Shown: positions 20,290 through 29,032 of the stretch, piece after piece
Layout of the letters: every line of letters starts with the position of its first letter
Position numbering within the stretch: the first letter of the stretch is position 1
DNA from: Coleofasciculus chthonoplastes F2-STO-03
Lineage (GTDB): Bacteria; Cyanobacteriota; Cyanobacteriia; Cyanobacteriales; Coleofasciculaceae
Assembly (NCBI GenBank): GCA_040222015.1
Contig: JAVJWO010000047.1
Span: 130,603 to 194,602, forward strand
Direction of reading: 5' to 3'
DNA length: 64,000 nucleotides
Notes under the pieces: model-generated
What the model was told of the DNA's origin: nothing
Seen by the model: only the letters and a program-made list of their open reading frames with translations
Database searches by the model: none
Made by a program: the position numbers and the translations under genes

Positions 20290-21411
20290 CTACCTCATTC
20301 CCAATACAGGCATTTTTTCTAAAGTTTTCTGCTTGATGGTTTGATTCAGGTTGGGAAAATGATCACCTAAGGCTTGAATGATTTTTTGGCATCCATGTTT
20401 CAAGACATCCATTGTCGGCAATTGAAACTGTCTCTCATAATCCTCTATGATTGTCAAAATCTCTTCATCTGCTAGGTTTTCATGGCTTAATGCAATCGCC
20501 ATAACTTTAGCTTGAGAAATCGCTTCAATCAGTTTAATTTCGCTCTCAACAGTTGGCATTGGCAAATGAGGAAAATCGCACCGAAATTTCCTAGCTGGTG
20601 GATGTTGAAGGATAATACCATCGGGCATACTTCCTTTCAAGATGCCGAGAGAACTCATAAAAGCGGGATGACTAACGGCACTCTGTCCCTCAACTAAAAT
20701 GATGTCGGGACGTTCGTTCTCAAAGGCTTGAATAATAGAGTGTTCTATTTCACCAATCACAAATTGGGAAATCAAAGCATCAATCGATATGCCATACATT
20801 GCTCCCTGCATCAAACCAGTTTGACCCGTCGCTATCAATACTGACTTTATGCCGAGAGTCTTGAGGGACTTGTTGAGTTCTATTGCGGTTGTCATTTTGC
20901 CGCAAGCACAATCTGTACCTAATATGGCGATTACAGGAACATTAATTTTAGAGAGTTGACCCGTAAAGACGTGCAAATCTTGTAATTGTGGAGGTTTTCT
21001 GATATCTTTAATTTGGATATTATGTTGGGCAGCCATCTGGGTAAACTCTTGATCTTCAGAGAAAAACTGATGAAGACCGTTAATGATATCCATTCCTTTT
21101 TCCATGGCTTCTAAGATAAGAAACCGTTCTGCCGGGGATATAAAGGCATCTAAAGGAGCTTTGCCATAAATGTAACAGTTGGGAACCTCTGAAAGGTTAA
21201 TTAATGCTTCATTTAAATTAGAAAAAATGGGTATACCATTCTTTTCTTGCCCTAATTCTTCCCCTGCGTCTTTACCCGCTCGTGAACTATCAATCACCCC
21301 AACAATTGTATACCGTTCAGAGTGTCGAACCAACCCAGCGGCAGTTTTTCCGTCGGCTAAACTAAATTGATTTTCGCAGTAAATTAAAGCCGTTTCTTTT
21401 CTGATTGTCAT
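20290..21411 (-). CDS. DUF1611 protein (N-terminal Rossmann-like + P-loop-like domain; DgcN-related)
   Basis: GKTAAGLVR, INGLH, GTDCACGKMTT, ATGQTG, VEGQS, HP motifs. Confidence 0.88.
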   Translation of the reverse strand: MTIRKETALIYCENQFSLADGKTAAGLVRHSERYTIVGVIDSSRAGKDAGEELGQEKNGIPIFSNLNEALINLSEVPNCYIYGKAPLDAFISPAERFLILEAMEKGMDIINGLHQFFSEDQEFTQMAAQHNIQIKDIRKPPQLQDLHVFTGQLSKINVPVIAILGTDCACGKMTTAIELNKSLKTLGIKSVLIATGQTGLMQGAMYGISIDALISQFVIGEIEHSIIQAFENERPDIILVEGQSAVSHPAFMSSLGILKGSMPDGIILQHPPARKFRCDFPHLPMPTVESEIKLIEAISQAKVMAIALSHENLADEEILTIIEDYERQFQLPTMDVLKHGCQKIIQALGDHFPNLNQTIKQKTLEKMPVLGMR

Positions 21412-21532
21412 TTCAATTAGTTTCTTTTAACTTTTTTTTTCACTCATCAGGAGACTTTTTGGTAATTGCCAAGTATCTCGACAATTTATAATTTTCTCTA
21501 CATACTTGAAATCATTTCCTGGCAAGCTTCCT

Positions 21533-21593
21533 GTTAAATCGTCCCGGTTAAATCGTAGTTAAATCGTCCCGGTTAAATCGTAGTTAAATCGTA
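21533..21593. repeat. Five GTTAAATCGT cores (25-bp unit x2 plus partial)
   Basis: GTTAAATCGTCCCG-GTTAAATCGTA twice, then GTTAAATCGTA. Confidence 0.9.
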
Positions 21594-21823
21594 TTGGATA
21601 AACTTCTGTTTAAGCTAGCCATTTCAACCACAGCCTCTCGGTGAAACTGAATCACACAAGAGGCTGATTCCCGATAATGGACACGGGTACAGGTAGATAC
21701 TTTTAGTGTGATTGTGTTGGGGGTCGAATCGAGTAACCGTTGCACCGTACAGGGTTGCCTCTTATTCTTGCAGTAGGCAATGATGCGATCGCCAACTTTA
21801 ATATCGAGTGCTTGAACGTTCAT
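21584..21823 (-). CDS. Small hypothetical protein (79 aa), possible SH3/KOW-like beta barrel
   Basis: Strong SD AAAGGAGGAG 5 nt before ATG; ALDIKVGDRII start; beta-strand pattern. Confidence 0.65.
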   Translation of the reverse strand: MNVQALDIKVGDRIIAYCKNKRQPCTVQRLLDSTPNTITLKVSTCTRVHYRESASCVIQFHREAVVEMASLNRSLSNTI

Positions 21824-21838
21824 TAATACTCCTCCTTT

Positions 21839-21874
21839 GGGTCAATGAATGGGTCAATGAATGGGTCAATGAAT
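21839..21874. repeat. Perfect 12-bp tandem repeat x3 (GGGTCAATGAAT)
   Basis: Directly visible; abuts the SD of the 21823 ORF. Confidence 0.9.
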
Positions 21875-22216
21875 TGTCTGTGTCAGTCGTATCCAGCACG
21901 AAAAACGGTTTATCGGTACGACTCAACCGAGGGACCATTAATTGTCTTGGAGGTGTCGTGATTGGCTAAGGCTTTTATTGCTCAAAGCCCGTCAGATCAT
22001 CAAGAGTAGATTTCTCGCTCCTAGCTACTCTACTGTTGTAGTACCTCTTCAGAGTAGCATATAAAAATTGCAAATTATATCAAAGTTAAAATTTTATCGT
22101 CAAGATAATGTCGCTATACTGTAATTACTGTTCACCCCGATCAAAAAATCGGCTCTCCTAAGCGTTCAGGTTAAACCATGCTGACTTATTTAACAATTCG
22201 TTCAAAATGATAGATT

Positions 22217-22951
22217 ATGACCGTGCCAAGTACGATGAACCGTTCTCTCCACAGTTTCTTCCAAGCGATCGCAGATGCTCGTGATGAGCAGGAACTTCGC
22301 CTGCAAATTATGGACGAATTAGGGGAGCATTTTCAGGCGCAGTATTGGGGGCTGTGTCTGCTCAACGAAGATTCTCACGCGGCTGAGGTGCAGATGCAAG
22401 GGGGAGCGGATACGGAGGGGTTTGTCGCCGATTACAATAAGCTGGCGCGAAAGGTCGATCCGGTGTTACGCTACGTCATCGAACACCATGCTCCTGCCCA
22501 TGAACAACTGGTATTCTCTCCAGAGGTTTGGAAACAATCTGAACTGTACCAGAATTGTTATGCTCGCTACGATCACGAACATGTGATGATGGGTCCGATT
22601 GTCAGTGGGGGGCGTTTGATGGGTGGGGTATATTTTGCCCGTGCTTCTGATGCACCTGCGTTTGATTATAAAGACTTGGCTGATTTAACCGGATTATGCT
22701 TGCATTTATCATCACGTCTGGCTACCTTGCGATCGCAAGCCAAAAAATCCCAGTCTCTCGTCGCCAATCGCCTCACTCCACGGGAACGGGAAATAGCTGA
22801 TTTGGTTGCCAAGGGGTTGACAAATGCGGAGATTGGTGCTAAACTTTGGATTACCCAAAATTCAGTAAAACAGGCGCTGAAACGGATGTTCCGCAAGTTG
22901 AATGTATCGGCGCGTGCTGAATTGGTGGCGCGATTGCAGGATACGGTGTAG
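22217..22951 (+). CDS. LuxR-family regulator with N-terminal GAF/autoinducer-binding-like sensor domain
   Basis: C-terminal LTPREREIADLVAKGLTNAEIG...SVKQALKRMFRKLNV HTH; DPV motif in the N-terminal domain. Confidence 0.9.
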   Translation: MTVPSTMNRSLHSFFQAIADARDEQELRLQIMDELGEHFQAQYWGLCLLNEDSHAAEVQMQGGADTEGFVADYNKLARKVDPVLRYVIEHHAPAHEQLVFSPEVWKQSELYQNCYARYDHEHVMMGPIVSGGRLMGGVYFARASDAPAFDYKDLADLTGLCLHLSSRLATLRSQAKKSQSLVANRLTPREREIADLVAKGLTNAEIGAKLWITQNSVKQALKRMFRKLNVSARAELVARLQDTV

Positions 22952-23174
22952 AGACATTACATGCAACGTCTCTACAATCGGGTAAGAAAAGGGTTCAATA
23001 ATGTCATACAACCCTAGATATTGCCAGAAAGAAATTAGTTTACAGGAAAATTAATAAAATGTAGGGGCGGGTTTAGGGACTCAATGAACGGGTAAATCCA
23101 TACATTTTATACAAAACCCGCCCTGAACCCAACCGATAACCTCAATCTAAAATCCACCCATTACGGTTAAGAAG

Positions 23175-23352
23175 AGGGCGGATTTCGTTGTTTTGTTTGA
23201 GGTGTGTCTACCGATTTAATCCCTAAAGGAAGCCCCTACATATTGGGGTGCGATCGCGGTGGGGATTAGGGCGGGTTTCGTTGTTTTGTTTAGGGTGTGT
23301 CTACCGATTTAATCCCTAAAGGAAGCCCCTACATATTGGGGTGCGATCGCGG
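23175..23352. repeat. 93-bp tandem duplication of a REP-like unit, each copy ending in HIP1
   Basis: AGGGCGG(A/G)TTTCGTTG...CCCCTACATATTGGGGTGCGATCGCGG at 23175 and 23268. Confidence 0.9.
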
Positions 23353-23475
23353 GTGGTGGGAAATGGGCAGGTTTGGTTATCAATGGAGTCAACTCGATTC
23401 GGTATTACTAGCTTGGAGGAGAAGGAGTATCCTGAACAGTTTGCTAAACTAAGGTTAACCAATAGACAGCAACAG

Positions 23476-24111
23476 ATGGTTACGGGTGTAGGGATTACAG
23501 ACACTATAAAAAGCTTAAACGATCTGCGGGTGCGCTGTAATTTGCGTCAGACAGATGATGATCGGTTTTTCCACGAGTGGGTTGATGATTTACCTGAACT
23601 CGACGAACGGGAACAGGCGGGTGTTGTTCGGATTAAGCAACGCTATGATTATCATCGCGGCGATGGTTTGTTATTGGAAGGTACGATTAATTTGGTGGTA
23701 GTTTCGCCACTTTTGGAACTTGCAGGGTTTCTTGATCCGCCTTTCCGCATTCGTTCGCCTTATGGGGTTGGGTTAGAACTTGATGATCCTGAAGAAACGA
23801 TTCGCGGTTTTATTGATACGTTGGTTGTACAAGAACAACTTTGGATTTTGGTGATTGAGTCGAAGCGAACAAGTATTCCAGTTCCGGCGGCTTTACCGCA
23901 GTTATTAGCTTATATGTTAGCGAGTCCGCAGAGGGAGCGCCAAGCGTTTGGTATGGCGACAAATGGGGATGAGTTTGTGTTTTTAAAGCTTAGTCAAGGA
24001 GATAGTCCAGAGTATGATGTATCACGGACATTTTCGCTGTTTCCCAGGCGACATGAGTTGGGTGAGGTTCTACGGATTTTGAAGCGGTTGGGACAAGGGG
24101 TGGTGGAGTGA
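23476..24111 (+). CDS. Stand-alone HsdR_N-like PD-(D/E)xK nuclease
   Basis: LLEGTI..VVSPLL, GFIDTLV, VIESK, ALPQLLAYM, ATNGDEFVF. Confidence 0.8.
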   Translation: MVTGVGITDTIKSLNDLRVRCNLRQTDDDRFFHEWVDDLPELDEREQAGVVRIKQRYDYHRGDGLLLEGTINLVVVSPLLELAGFLDPPFRIRSPYGVGLELDDPEETIRGFIDTLVVQEQLWILVIESKRTSIPVPAALPQLLAYMLASPQRERQAFGMATNGDEFVFLKLSQGDSPEYDVSRTFSLFPRRHELGEVLRILKRLGQGVVE

Positions 24112-24228
24112 GAGTATTCTTCGTAAAACGGCAAAAGTAATAAATTGTGCTACATTTGTCGTGAATATGGTAAATTTTATTTCGCAAATGATGTTGTTTT
24201 TTATAACAGAGGCATAGATCACTACAAT

Positions 24229-24297
24229 ATTCTCGATTAAGTCACCTTGATTTTTGTTGCCAACCCATTTTTCTATTGATAGGTTTGATAGGAACAT
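24229..24297 (-). pseudogene. Possible N-terminal remnant of an Imm1-like immunity protein
   Basis: MFLSNLSIEKWVGNKNQGDLIEN resembles cyanobacterial Imm1-family N-termini (from recall); similarity stops after ~23 aa. Confidence 0.35.
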
Positions 24298-24519
24298 CAT
24301 GCGGCTAGTTGGTCAAAGTAATCCAATAATTATTAGGATAGGACTTACGTAAAGCCTCTATTCGTAGGGTGTGTTAGCGTAGCGTAACGCACCTTTGTCA
24401 TCATAAGTGGTGTCGCTGCGTAAGAGTAAAGGGCGACCCGATCAAATTGAGTGGATACTGTTGTTAATTTGTGCAGCGGGTCGCCCCTACGATAAACTAC
24501 ATTCTGGAGCGATCGCGCC

Positions 24520-24835
24520 CTATCCTTCCTCCGGCTTGCGACCTATAATGGTACGATGTCGCGGGTCACTCGCCACAGTGACACGATGTTCAAATCCCAC
24601 CGTCTGCATCAATTCTTCTACATCCAAGGTGTAATAATCATCTGACCAAGGTTCAGTGCTTTTCATCAGGGTAAAAAGTACAGGTGGCAAATTTTGGATG
24701 ACGGGAGATTTGGGGTTATTATCGACTATCGCAACATAACCCCCAGGACGCAAAAGTCTCAGTATTTCCTGGAAAATCGCCTGAGTTGCTTGACGCGGGA
24801 GTTCATGAATCACGAATTGCAGTGTCACTAAGTCA
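24520..24835 (-). pseudogene. C-terminal fragment of class I SAM-dependent methyltransferase
   Basis: DLVTLQFVIHELP...LRPGG...MKSTEPWSDDYY; SAM-binding N-terminal half missing, adh gene lies directly upstream. Confidence 0.8.
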
Positions 24836-24875
24836 CTGATCAAAGCACATCCCTCACAATCGCAATCTTTTTATT

Positions 24876-25877
24876 CTAATGCTTCAATACCAAGCGATAG
24901 CGAGGTTTACCATGGCGCAGCTTTTCCATCGCCTCATTCACTTGTTCAAAGCTGAAGGTTTCGGTAATTGGCTCAACGCCCTGTCGTGCGGCAAAATCGA
25001 GCATCCTAGCAATGGTGACTGGACTCCCTAAGGGACTGGCTGAAATTGACTTTTGACCGGCAATCAGGGGGAAAATTTGGGTGGATAGGGGATTGGGTAT
25101 TACTCCAACGAAGTGTAACCGACCTTTGGGACGTAATGCAGCAATGTAGGCGTTCCAATCGAGGTCAGCATTCGCTGTAGAGATAATAAAGTCAAAGGAA
25201 TTCTGCACGGATTCTAAGGCTTTGGGATCAGCCGAATTGATAAAATGAGTGGCTCCCAATTCCCGTGCTTCTGCTTCTTTGTCAGGACTACTGGAAAATG
25301 CCGTGATCTCACACCCCCAAGCCTGGAGGAAACGCAAGGCGATATGACCTAATCCACCAATACCAATTACGCCAACGCGATCGCTGGGTTTAATGTCAAA
25401 CTGGACGATGGGGTTAAATACAGTAATCCCGCCGCAGAACAAAGGACCTGCGGTAGCGGGATTTACCGCATCGGGTAAGGGAAACACCCAACTGTGATCA
25501 GCGCGAACTTTATCCGCGAATCCACCATGACGACTGACAATTGTCCCTTCTACGTTCGAGCAAAGGTTGTGATTCCCTGACATACACCATTCGCACGTCA
25601 TGCAGGAACCCGAAAACCACCCTAATCCAACTCGTTGTCCTAGGTTGAGTGTGGTAACTTTATCACCCAATGCAGCAATTGTACCCACAACTTCATGACC
25701 TGGAACAAAGGGGTACTCGGTCATTCCCCACTCGTTGTCCAGCATACTTAGGTCACTGTGACAAATCCCGCAATACTCGACATTAATCTCTACGTCTTCA
25801 TCACCGAGACTACCGGGATCGTACTCGAAGGGTTGGAGTTGTCCTCCGGGTTCATGAGCGGCATACGCTTTAATCAT
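24876..25877 (-). CDS. Zn-dependent NAD(P)H alcohol dehydrogenase / aldehyde reductase (Ahr/YjgB-like)
   Basis: CGICHSD, GHE, CxxCxxCx7C, GPLFCGG, GIGGLG. Confidence 0.93.
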   Translation of the reverse strand: MIKAYAAHEPGGQLQPFEYDPGSLGDEDVEINVEYCGICHSDLSMLDNEWGMTEYPFVPGHEVVGTIAALGDKVTTLNLGQRVGLGWFSGSCMTCEWCMSGNHNLCSNVEGTIVSRHGGFADKVRADHSWVFPLPDAVNPATAGPLFCGGITVFNPIVQFDIKPSDRVGVIGIGGLGHIALRFLQAWGCEITAFSSSPDKEAEARELGATHFINSADPKALESVQNSFDFIISTANADLDWNAYIAALRPKGRLHFVGVIPNPLSTQIFPLIAGQKSISASPLGSPVTIARMLDFAARQGVEPITETFSFEQVNEAMEKLRHGKPRYRLVLKH

Positions 25878-26133
25878 GATGAAATCTGTAATAGTTACTG
25901 TTGATCATTTTACCGGAATAGCGATGGTGCAGGCTCCCCCGCGTTTCAATCGGTCGCGATATACTAGACGGATAAGTTGACTATCTCCTTGGTGATGTCT
26001 CTTTATCCCTAAGTCGAATGCCACTGACTGGTATGCTGGTGGGCAATGCCCACCCTACGGTATATTAAAGGTTTCGGCGATTCCCTAATGCACGCTTTTC
26101 AGTGCCATTAATCCCTAAGTCCCCTTGAGGCTA

Positions 26134-27801
26134 ATGGAACAGGACGTTTTCCGCGAACTTGCTAACACGCTGCGATCGGCAATTGGTTTGCTGGATGGGG
26201 AACAGAACGCCCAACTCCGCCAAGACGCGATCGCACTCTGCGATTATCTGGAGAATCCAATTTTCCGTATCGCTGTTTTTGGTCCGTTTAATTACGGGAA
26301 ATCGACTCTACTCAATGCTTTACTAGGGAAACGTACCCTACCCATCGATTTAATCCCCACCACAGGCGCGGCGATTCATATCCGCTACGGGAGTGAATTA
26401 CACACGCGCATTACCCTCTCCAATGGTCAACACATTAGCGAAAACGGTACCGATGTCCTGAAACAGTTTGCCATATTAGATGACCAACGGCGGATGCGGG
26501 AGGATGTCACTAATGTTGAGGTATTTTGTTCCCATCCTTTCCTGAAAACGGGCGTAGAATTGCTGGATTTACCGGGAACGGATGACCGCGAAGCCCAGGA
26601 AGCCTTAGTTCGCGACCAACTGCTCACCACTGATTTAATTGTTCAGGTGCTGGATGGTCGTAAGTTGATGACATTAGGGGAGCGAGAACACCTGAGAGAT
26701 TGGTTATTGGATCGGGGAATTACTACGGTTGTTTTTGTGGTGAATTTCCTGAATTTATTGGAACCCGACGAGCAGAAGCAAGTCTATAACCGTTTGCTGT
26801 TTGTGGCAGAAAGTTTCCGATCACAACTGCCGAATAATATCAGTAATATCTATCGCGTCGATGCTCTCCCCGCCTTACGCTATCGACTCAAAGGCGATAC
26901 CGCTGCCGCCCAAACTACGGGGTTAGATATGCTGGAATCGGCGCTGCAAAGCATTGTCGCCACGCGCCATGAGAGCCTCGCATTCCGCTTTCCCCGTGTG
27001 CAGGCGATCGCGTCTCAAATCCAACAGGCTGCAACTGTGAAAGTGCAAGCCATTTCTGCTGAAATTACGGTAGCTCAACAAAAGCATCAAACGAAATTAG
27101 AGATTAAACAAAAAGCACAAAACTTAATTAAAAAAGGATTCGCCGCCAGTGTTTCTGATTTCCAAGGATGGCTGTATTTACCGAAACTTTTAGAACGCTA
27201 TCAATCGGAACTGGTTTCGGCGCTACAACAGGGTACATTTAATCTGTGGGAACAAGGCGGTTTTAAAGAGGCGATTCAGGAGCATCAACAGGGAATTGTT
27301 AAATGGGTACATCAAGCGGGTGAATTTTTTGATCGCCAACCCCCTACAGATCTAACCATTCCCTTTCCCAAACCTCCAGAAGTCCAGCTTCCGGAACCCC
27401 CACCCCAAGCCAAGGGAACTAAGGGTGTTACCCCAGTGGCGATCGCGACGGGATTGGGTTGGGTATTTGGTGGACCCGTTGGCGCGGCGGTTGCGGGTGG
27501 GGCGACGTATTTGTTAAACAAAACTCCCAGGGATTCTGCACCGCCAAAGTCTCCGACGGCTTATGTCGAACAAGTAACTCAAGCGTACACCAATGCAGCG
27601 ACAGAGTACCTAACTTGTTTTAGCCGCGAGGCGGTTTCTGCATTGGAAACTTATGAGAAATTGGCGGAAATGGTGATTAATGTTAATTTTACGAATGAAC
27701 CGTTAAAACTTACAATTGAGCATCATCAGTTACAGTTATTGCAAAATGTTTTAGAGAATTTGGAGCAAGAATTGGAGCGGGTGAAGTTAGCCCTGAACTA
27801 A
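26134..27801 (+). CDS. Bacterial dynamin-like GTPase
   Basis: GPFNYGKS (G1), PTT (G2), DLPG (G3), helical stalk, Gly-rich hydrophobic hairpin GLGWVFGGPVGAAVAGG. Confidence 0.85.
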   Translation: MEQDVFRELANTLRSAIGLLDGEQNAQLRQDAIALCDYLENPIFRIAVFGPFNYGKSTLLNALLGKRTLPIDLIPTTGAAIHIRYGSELHTRITLSNGQHISENGTDVLKQFAILDDQRRMREDVTNVEVFCSHPFLKTGVELLDLPGTDDREAQEALVRDQLLTTDLIVQVLDGRKLMTLGEREHLRDWLLDRGITTVVFVVNFLNLLEPDEQKQVYNRLLFVAESFRSQLPNNISNIYRVDALPALRYRLKGDTAAAQTTGLDMLESALQSIVATRHESLAFRFPRVQAIASQIQQAATVKVQAISAEITVAQQKHQTKLEIKQKAQNLIKKGFAASVSDFQGWLYLPKLLERYQSELVSALQQGTFNLWEQGGFKEAIQEHQQGIVKWVHQAGEFFDRQPPTDLTIPFPKPPEVQLPEPPPQAKGTKGVTPVAIATGLGWVFGGPVGAAVAGGATYLLNKTPRDSAPPKSPTAYVEQVTQAYTNAATEYLTCFSREAVSALETYEKLAEMVINVNFTNEPLKLTIEHHQLQLLQNVLENLEQELERVKLALN

Positions 27802-27923
27802 AGCCCTGAACTCAATTACTGGCTCAAAGCTAAAACCCGTTTAAACGGGTTCAAATCTTTTAATGTAGTAAGCTCGATTCTTACTTAAGCTTTAGGTTCC
27901 GGAAATTTATTTCCCGGCTACTA

Positions 27924-28112
27924 CTACTTTTGATAACGCCATTTTTGCGCCCGAAACACGCCCACTAATTTAATCCCACTCTCAATTTGAGCAAATCGCT
28001 CTTGTTTGACGGATCGCGCTGAACTCTCTTGCATGGAGGTTAAACTAAAACTCAGGAGTGCCAAGACTAATGCCGTGGCGGTTAAATTACACGTAAATCT
28101 TATGTTAAACAT
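27924..28112 (-). CDS. Small hypothetical protein with signal-peptide-like N-terminus (possibly a remnant)
   Basis: 62 aa ORF, hydrophobic LTATALVLALLSFSL then SSA. Confidence 0.3.
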   Translation of the reverse strand: MFNIRFTCNLTATALVLALLSFSLTSMQESSARSVKQERFAQIESGIKLVGVFRAQKWRYQK

Positions 28113-28457
28113 TGCCCTGAAATAACCTTACTCAATCACTGGCAAGACTCCAGTGGTAAACACTATATGACTTAGTGATGGAAAAAATTTCCAGCCTGAA
28201 TATAATACCCAAAAGCATCACAATCAGAACAGATTCCATAACTAAATCTCCCGCTGTCGATACTTCAACAGTAGAAAAATATAGTTTTGTTTAGGAAAAT
28301 AATAGGTAACTCTTTTGATCGACTATTAAATAACCAATCCATCTCGCCTAATCTGTAGCTTTGGCAACATCTGGATATGTACAGTTTCCCAATTGGCACG
28401 GCTACTATATTTCCTGTTCCCTGTTCCCTGTTCCCTATTCCCTATTCCCTGTGGGGA

Positions 28458-28889
28458 TTAACTGATGTCCTTTCCGTACCTCGTAGTGCTATATAACCAA
28501 TCAATCATCCCATCTGGCAAGATAATTTTAGTGCGAGTGTTCGTATCAATACAAACATGGCGAGTTAAGGCATCTGCTAGGTGTCGTTGCGGTGAATCAG
28601 CATCGATAACCTGATACTTAATTTCAAACTTGCTATCACTTAACCGTTGAGGTATCCCATCAATCAGCAGCTTGTCCCCACAAAACATGGGCTGAAAAAA
28701 GTCTACACGACTGTGGATAATTGGCACAGCCACAGCAGCGTGGCTAAAAAATGTCTTGAGATTAATACCCACCTTGGCTAGAGAATCTTCATAGGCTTCG
28801 TGACACATCGCCAAAACATTGGCAAAGTAAACGACGCCAGCAGCATCGGTATCTTGAAAGCGGACGGTGCGGTTATAGGTAAAGGACAT
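28458..28889 (-). CDS. Acyl-CoA thioesterase, 1,4-dihydroxy-2-naphthoyl-CoA hydrolase-like
   Basis: RTVRFQDTDAAGVVYFAN hot-dog fold motif. Confidence 0.85.
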   Translation of the reverse strand: MSFTYNRTVRFQDTDAAGVVYFANVLAMCHEAYEDSLAKVGINLKTFFSHAAVAVPIIHSRVDFFQPMFCGDKLLIDGIPQRLSDSKFEIKYQVIDADSPQRHLADALTRHVCIDTNTRTKIILPDGMIDWLYSTTRYGKDIS

Positions 28890-29032
28890 ACAGTGAACTA
28901 CCGCGACTACGTTAAGGCTGGTGGGTTTCGACTTCGCTCAACCCACCCTACGGTATATCATGAATTTTGGTGATCAAAAAAAGTAGGGGTTTGGGAACCA
29001 AATCCCTACTCTCAGTGGGTTGACTGTTCTCT

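Noticed and set aside
21960..22000. ATAAAAGCC resembling the guanidine-I (ykkC) 3' motif
   Set aside because: The conserved 5' elements (CUAGGGUUCCG, CUGGUCCGAG) are absent.
28892..28952. GTGAACTACC... possible IS605-type end with nested palindrome
   Set aside because: Too degenerate to support; no transposase nearby.
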